Virus record (IMG/VR): IMGVR_UViG_3300006947_000007
Span: 18,406 to 82,405 of that record
Direction: 5' to 3' (one strand)
DNA from: a virus
DNA: 64,000 nt
The position numbers and the translations under genes were made by a program. Under the pieces are notes generated by a model. It was not told the DNA's origin. It made no database searches and was given only the letters and a program-made list of their open reading frames with translations. This document shows positions 58,955-64,000 of the stretch, piece after piece (the first letter of the stretch is position 1; each line of letters starts with the position of its first letter).

Positions 58955-59647
58955 TTATAATTTCCCAAATCCCCATTCACGTTCTTTACAAAACCAGCAG
59001 TCATTACAATGCTCGTCAAAGTTATTTGTCCATGCTTCGCAACTTCTAGTTTGGTTAAACAATGTATCTTCTAATCCATATTGCTTATATAACTCAGCGA
59101 CACCTTTTTTGTTTGTGTTAATAAGAGGCCTATAACTTGGTTGGTTTGGATTGTTGTTACATTGAGGTTGGTTCGGTACATCACGTTCTGGTGTACCACC
59201 ATTTAATACCGGACCTTCTTTACTAAAAAATTGTTCATACACTTCTTTTGGAGGGTTAGCAGTAATGCCATTATAATGTCTTTCAATACCTAACATATAT
59301 GCTTCATCTAATAAATTGTCTTGCCTGTTATGATACTCTGTACTGGTCCATTTATTACCTACTTTAACTGCTGGGCAAGTATTAGTAAGATGCTCGCCTA
59401 TCGTTACATTAGGAAATTCGTTTATTAACCACATAAGAACCTTATCAGAATAAACTTTTTGATATGCTTTTTGTTCGTGTACAGTTGTTAGTAAAGTTAC
59501 TTTAGTATTGTACTTGCATTCTTGTATTGTTTTGAATAACATATAAGCAACAATGGCCGAGTCAGCGCCACCGGATAATTTAATACCTATGTGCTTGTTG
59601 TTTAAACCTTCAAATTGATATGTGTCTTGATCGGTCCAGTATATCAT
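58955..59647 (-). CDS. QueC-like PP-loop ATP pyrophosphatase
   Basis: SGGADSA; TRSCE...HCNDCWFCKER; start MIYWT. Confidence 0.75.
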   Translation of the reverse strand: MIYWTDQDTYQFEGLNNKHIGIKLSGGADSAIVAYMLFKTIQECKYNTKVTLLTTVHEQKAYQKVYSDKVLMWLINEFPNVTIGEHLTNTCPAVKVGNKWTSTEYHNRQDNLLDEAYMLGIERHYNGITANPPKEVYEQFFSKEGPVLNGGTPERDVPNQPQCNNNPNQPSYRPLINTNKKGVAELYKQYGLEDTLFNQTRSCEAWTNNFDEHCNDCWFCKEREWGFGKL

Positions 59648-59706
59648 ATACTTACTTATAAGGTCTGAACATAAGATAATAAATACTTGATACAAAGGGA
59701 ACACCT

Positions 59707-61149
59707 ATGGGATTAACAAGAGCAAAAGTACAAAATATAGACTTTGATGTGACTAACATCACTGACCCGCTGATACGAATCAATAGCGGCGAAACAGGAT
59801 CAGCAGATAAAGACGCCGGTATTGTAATAGAACGAGGCGACGATACTAACGTTGCTATACTGTATGACGAAAGTGCTAACGAATTTGCTGTAGTTAATAC
59901 TTCCGAAACAGGTACAACAGCAGGCAATGTTACTATATCAAGTTATGCTAATATTAAAGCAGATGAGTTTCATGGAGATGGTTCTAACTTAACTGGTATT
60001 GGAAGTTCATACACACATCCTAATCACAGTGGCGATGTAGTATCTTCGGGCGATGGAGCATTAACTATTCAAACAGATGCTGTTGATATTGCTATGTTAT
60101 CTGCTTCTGGAACTGCTTCAAGTAGTACGTTTTTAAGAGGAGATAACTCTTGGGCTACTGCGGCTGGAACTCTAGATGGGTTAACAGATTGTACAGTATC
60201 AGCCTCAACTCCAACAGCTACAAGCAACCCTTCAGCAGTAGGACATCTATGGATAGAAGAAGATAGAGGTTTGGCTTACATTTGTACAGACGCAACTACC
60301 AATGCAAATGTTTGGAGAGGTGTTGGAATAGAATCTCTTTCTACAGTTGAATATTTAGTTGTTGCCGGCGGCGGCGGCGGCGGTGGTAATAATGGTACTG
60401 GTAATGCTGGTGGCGGTGGTGCAGGTGGTTATAGAACTAGTACTAGTTTTGCTATCACAACAGGTTCATCTTATACAGTTACAGTTGGAGCAGGCGGTGG
60501 CGGCGCGGCGACAAACGTAGGTTCTAATGGTGCTAACTCGGTATTTGGTAGTATTACTTCTACAGGCGGTGGAGGTGGTGGTGCTTACTCAAACCAGGCT
60601 GGACTTGCTGGTGGCTCTGGAGGCGGTGGTCCACAGACTAATGGTAGTGGTGGTGCAGGAACATCAGGCCAAGGCAATGCTGGTGGAGACAATGGTGGCA
60701 TAGGTGGCTCAGGCGGCGGCGGTGCTGGTGGTACTGGTTATTCTAGCACTGGCTCTAGTAATAGAGAAGGTGGTGTAGGTGGTATTGGTCTAGCCTCGTC
60801 AATAACTGGTTCATCTGTGTATAGAGCAGGTGGCGGTGGTGGCGGTACACACAACACAGGTACTGGTGGATACGGAGTTTCAGGTGCTGGTGGTCAAGGT
60901 GGTGGGGGACATGGACATTACAAAAACACAAACCAATCCGAAGCCGGCGGTGCTAATCAAGGTGGTGGCGGTGGTGGTGGCGGTGAAACCAGTCACGCTG
61001 GAGCAAATGGTGGTTCGGGTGTTGTTATTATTGCTTATTCAACAGACTATTCGGCCGCAACAACAAGTGGTACAGTATCAGTTTCTACGGCATCTAGATC
61101 TGGCTACCGTGTATATACTTTCACTGGTAGCGGCACAATTACATTTTAG
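59707..61149 (+). CDS. glycine-rich tail fibre/virion protein
   Basis: DAGIVIERG, YTHPNH, VEYLVVAGGGGGG, GGSGVVII, YTFTGSGT; ATAAATA upstream. Confidence 0.8.
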   Translation: MGLTRAKVQNIDFDVTNITDPLIRINSGETGSADKDAGIVIERGDDTNVAILYDESANEFAVVNTSETGTTAGNVTISSYANIKADEFHGDGSNLTGIGSSYTHPNHSGDVVSSGDGALTIQTDAVDIAMLSASGTASSSTFLRGDNSWATAAGTLDGLTDCTVSASTPTATSNPSAVGHLWIEEDRGLAYICTDATTNANVWRGVGIESLSTVEYLVVAGGGGGGGNNGTGNAGGGGAGGYRTSTSFAITTGSSYTVTVGAGGGGAATNVGSNGANSVFGSITSTGGGGGGAYSNQAGLAGGSGGGGPQTNGSGGAGTSGQGNAGGDNGGIGGSGGGGAGGTGYSSTGSSNREGGVGGIGLASSITGSSVYRAGGGGGGTHNTGTGGYGVSGAGGQGGGGHGHYKNTNQSEAGGANQGGGGGGGGETSHAGANGGSGVVIIAYSTDYSAATTSGTVSVSTASRSGYRVYTFTGSGTITF

Positions 61150-61160
61150 GAGATAATATA

Positions 61161-61400
61161 ATGAGATTTGTAAGAGCAAACACTTTAACTTTAAAAGTAG
61201 AAAATGTTTTGTTAGGAGATAAAATTGATTTCATAAATAGACCTGATTGTGATAATTGGATTGAAAATGATACAGCAAAGATAAACGATACTTATAATGT
61301 AACAACAGGAACGTTCACATCACCTCCACAATATCCAGATGATGGAAAATTATATACTTGGAACGAAGACACAACAGCTTGGGTCGAAGTAACCGAATAG
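61161..61400 (+). CDS. tail-fibre-associated small protein
   Basis: FTSPPQYPDDGKLYTWNEDTTAW; AGGAG RBS. Confidence 0.65.
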   Translation: MRFVRANTLTLKVENVLLGDKIDFINRPDCDNWIENDTAKINDTYNVTTGTFTSPPQYPDDGKLYTWNEDTTAWVEVTE

Positions 61401-61406
61401 TTAGTC

Positions 61407-61457
61407 AAAAAAATGCTCCAACAGTTAACTCGGGTTAGGAGTAATTCGCCGGAGCAT
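61407..61457 (-). terminator. possible intrinsic terminator at convergent junction
   Basis: ATGCTCC/GGAGCAT stem with internal hairpin followed by a T-run on minus strand. Confidence 0.4.
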
Positions 61458-61649
61458 CTTCACGTGCTGTTTTTTATTTTATGTCGGGTAAACTAACTTA
61501 AAGTTCGACAAGTATCTTTTATCAGTTTTGGAGTCTTATATAAAAGTACTAAAAGAGTGACTCGCTACTTTTGTTTTCTTTTATGTTCATTACGTTAGTG
61601 TTAAAACAGCCGCTTCGGCTAAAACGATCACTAACTCCTTGCTAGTAAA

Positions 61650-61856
61650 CTAACAAGAATTCTTTACTTTGATATCAGTAATAAAGTCAGTAACATCATT
61701 AACTGAATCAAAACCTAACAATCCCCAAGCCTCATCGGCATCTATGATTGTTTTAATTGCTTGACTTTGGGTTAGTAGACCAGTTTCAATTTGTTCTACT
61801 ATAGTATCAAGTTTCTTTTCTGCTTGATCCCAAAAATAACTTTTGCTTAAACTCAT
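61650..61856 (-). CDS. hypothetical early protein
   Basis: Start MSLSK coupled to upstream stop. Confidence 0.55.
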   Translation of the reverse strand: MSLSKSYFWDQAEKKLDTIVEQIETGLLTQSQAIKTIIDADEAWGLLGFDSVNDVTDFITDIKVKNSC

Positions 61857-62122
61857 TAAGCCGCCTTTCGTAGTAGTGTTGCTGATACTCTCCACTTACC
61901 TCGACCAGTATCAACTGTTATGTTTTTAATTGCTTTCTTAGTAATAGTACCTTGTATAGTACCGCCCCTAGCATCAAACTCAACTGTATCGCCAACTTCA
62001 AAACCTCTAACACTACTTTTAGCAATGTAGGTTCTTCGATCTTTAATAGCACTTACTACAGCATTGATTTCATCACCGTTCATTTTAGTGATTTCTAGTA
62101 TTACTTTTGATAGATTTGACAT
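61856..62122 (-). CDS. hypothetical early protein (SH3/KOW-like)
   Basis: FEVGDTVEF...GTITK...WRVS. Confidence 0.6.
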   Translation of the reverse strand: MSNLSKVILEITKMNGDEINAVVSAIKDRRTYIAKSSVRGFEVGDTVEFDARGGTIQGTITKKAIKNITVDTGRGKWRVSATLLRKAA

Positions 62123-62155
62123 ATTTCTTATTCCTTTATTGTTTAATATATATAT

Positions 62156-62223
62156 ATTATACACTAAGTTAGGCCAAAAGTCAACCAAAATAGCAACTCA
62201 TTTGCCGACGTAAGTCATTGATA
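62156..62223 (-). promoter_or_regulatory. early promoter with upstream IHF-consensus site
   Basis: TATCAATGACTTA-N26-TTGACT-N17-TATAAT. Confidence 0.8.
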
Positions 62224-62258
62224 ATATTAGGTATTTAAAAAAAGATGAAAAATAATTG

Positions 62259-63515
62259 TTAATTGGGTGCTTTTGGAGAAGGCAATGTGTCGTATATGTG
62301 TTCAATAAAGGAATAAACTATAGGCACATGGTCTTTAATATGCTGTTTCCTAGCAGTATCAAATGCCTTAGTTGCGTTGGCTAACATCCAGAGATTAGGT
62401 TTAGTGTAATCTGTTAATAATCCTTTTAGAAGTTTCTTAAGAGGTTTGTGTGATTCCTCCATTAATCTAACAACATACGGATCTGTAATGTTTAATATAC
62501 GTTCTATCTCGTTGTGCCTAGCGTTGACTGGCAAGTTGTTAACTGTGGCCCAGTTAGGTCCTTCTATATTATAGAACTCTACAGGTAACGTGATAGTTTC
62601 TAAATTAATTGCTTTGTTATAATCAGCTAACCAAAACAGAAAGTCATATACATTAAAAAGGTTTAATGCTTGTAATGTAAAATGTATTTGTCTATGTTCT
62701 GATAAGTTGACCCATTCGGTTATTACTTCTTGTGCTTTATTCCAATGCAACGGAGAGCGGATATATTCTAATGTTTTTCCTATGCCGTCGATGCTTAATT
62801 GTGCTCCTATACTACGAAACTTTTTAAGTTTGTCAAACATTGCTTTGTTATTAAAATTAGTACAGTTGGTTGTAATGTGTATGTTACAATTAGTCTTGTC
62901 AGCATCTATTAACGTGTCTAGCATTTGAGATACCTCTGGCATAATAGTAGGCTCGCCACCTAAGAATTTTATATCGCTATCATCTGTTAACCCAGATATT
63001 AAATGGTTTATATTATCTTTACTCATGACACTTGGAGAAAATTCTACTGTGTGCCCAGCCCACTTAGACAAGTAAGGGTTTTTCTTTTGCTCTTTATCTA
63101 GTTGACTACTATACTTGGGTGTACACATTCTACATTTTAAGTTACATAGGTTGCTCGGGCGTATATCGAGGTCTAACGGCGTGTTTAAATTGGTTCCAGT
63201 AACAACATTAAGTTCTGGACTGCTGTGCTTTTGATACTTCGCATCAAACATTTGTCTATCACTATCGATGCCATCTTCTTCTAAACTCCAACAACTAGAA
63301 CATATATCAAGTTTTTCACCTGCTAACATTCGTCGTCTAATGTCTTGGTAGTAATCACTTTGCCAATGATTCTCTAAATCCAATGATTCGACAGTATGTG
63401 TTCCTAATGGTTCGTTGCTAGTACAACACACTCGAGGCCCATCATTCGGGTGTATGTATTTGTGTATGAATGGAGCATAGCATATATTTTTATGATGCTT
63501 GGTATTACTCATCAT
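62259..63515 (-). CDS. radical SAM protein with N-terminal twitch domain
   Basis: ICYAPF..VCC..CSSC; CNLKCRMC; GGEP. Confidence 0.92.
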   Translation of the reverse strand: MMSNTKHHKNICYAPFIHKYIHPNDGPRVCCTSNEPLGTHTVESLDLENHWQSDYYQDIRRRMLAGEKLDICSSCWSLEEDGIDSDRQMFDAKYQKHSSPELNVVTGTNLNTPLDLDIRPSNLCNLKCRMCTPKYSSQLDKEQKKNPYLSKWAGHTVEFSPSVMSKDNINHLISGLTDDSDIKFLGGEPTIMPEVSQMLDTLIDADKTNCNIHITTNCTNFNNKAMFDKLKKFRSIGAQLSIDGIGKTLEYIRSPLHWNKAQEVITEWVNLSEHRQIHFTLQALNLFNVYDFLFWLADYNKAINLETITLPVEFYNIEGPNWATVNNLPVNARHNEIERILNITDPYVVRLMEESHKPLKKLLKGLLTDYTKPNLWMLANATKAFDTARKQHIKDHVPIVYSFIEHIYDTLPSPKAPN

Positions 63516-64000
63516 TTTGTCGCGGTAGGTATTTGTATGTACATATCTTCAATACATGAATATACTTCAGGCACATAATCTTTAATATGTTGTCGTCTAG
63601 CAGTATCGTGGTCTTTAATCCATCTAGATAGTTTCCAAGTATCGCCTTCAGACTTATCGTTTAATAATTCTGTTAAACAATTTGCTAGTGGATTATTTGA
63701 TTCATTCATTAATCTAACAACATACGGATCAGTTATATTTAACAACCTGTTTACTTCGATGTTTCTTTCGTAAACTGGCAAGTTCCTAACATGCACTAAG
63801 TTGGGTTGATCGATTAAATAGAACTCCACGGGTAATGTGATATTTTCCTTGTCTATTGCTTTATTAAACTCAGCTAACCAAAAAAGAAAATCATAAACGT
63901 TAAAGAGATTTAATGCTTGGAAACAGAAATGTATTGCTCGATGATTGGTTAATTCGATCCATTGAGTTATTACTTCTTGTGCTTTATCCCAATGTAATGG
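63512..64000 (-). CDS. radical SAM protein, C-terminal part (runs off window); tandem paralog of 62259..63515
   Basis: Frame open to window end: PLHWDKAQEVIT...QALNLFNVYDFLFWLA. Confidence 0.85.
   Translation of the reverse strand, partial: PLHWDKAQEVITQWIELTNHRAIHFCFQALNLFNVYDFLFWLAEFNKAIDKENITLPVEFYLIDQPNLVHVRNLPVYERNIEVNRLLNITDPYVVRLMNESNNPLANCLTELLNDKSEGDTWKLSRWIKDHDTARRQHIKDYVPEVYSCIEDMYIQIPTATK

Noticed and set aside
56546-59647. Complete 7-deazaguanine DNA modification pathway
   Set aside because: No FolE, QueD, QueE or DpdA recognisable in this window
86-62928. Numerous antisense or overlapping ORFs in the track (e.g. 86..397, 9399..9923, 20773..21210, 32416..32928, 44413..44826, 60830..61156)
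   Set aside because: They lie opposite or within well-supported genes and have no motifs or RBS
1-64000. Stop-codon reassignment
   Set aside because: Genes are full-length under code 11 and end in TAA, TAG and TGA; tRNA-Trp has a normal CCA anticodon

Overview
AT-rich (roughly one-third GC), densely coded segment of a large tailed bacteriophage genome, probably marine and probably infecting a proteobacterium. Phage core genes include an RFC-type clamp loader, GroES, a stand-alone DnaE fragment, MazG, an ATP-dependent DNA ligase, and baseplate/tail-fibre-like proteins. There are three tRNAs (Glu-UUC, Trp-CCA, Arg-UCU). Most of the window is accessory. (i) A six-gene membrane operon: ClpP-fold protein, SbmA/BacA, MotA/ExbB-like, ExbD-like, a membrane protein and ClpP. 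(ii) A large tailoring-enzyme set: 10 radical SAM/SPASM-twitch proteins, 6 sulfotransferase-like proteins, APS kinase, 3 QueC-like ATP pyrophosphatases, 5 2OG-Fe(II)-oxygenase-like proteins, 3 SGNH-like proteins, an FkbM methyltransferase and an amidinotransferase, with two A-type Fe-S carriers and a ferredoxin. (iii) Host-like genes: NAD-dependent formate dehydrogenase and ribosomal protein bL33, which the ORF track missed. Non-coding highlights are an intact tRNA-Trp nested in-frame inside a same-strand CDS and a ~260-nt multi-stem RNA after tRNA-Arg. Also notable are sigma70 promoters with an IHF-consensus site at a fixed 26-bp spacing, apparently leaderless late genes (ATAARTA-N5-ATG), short perfect direct repeats bounding accessory genes, and a compositionally odd origin/terminus-like region near 49.2-50.7 kb. 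All family calls come from motif recognition by eye; no database search was run.
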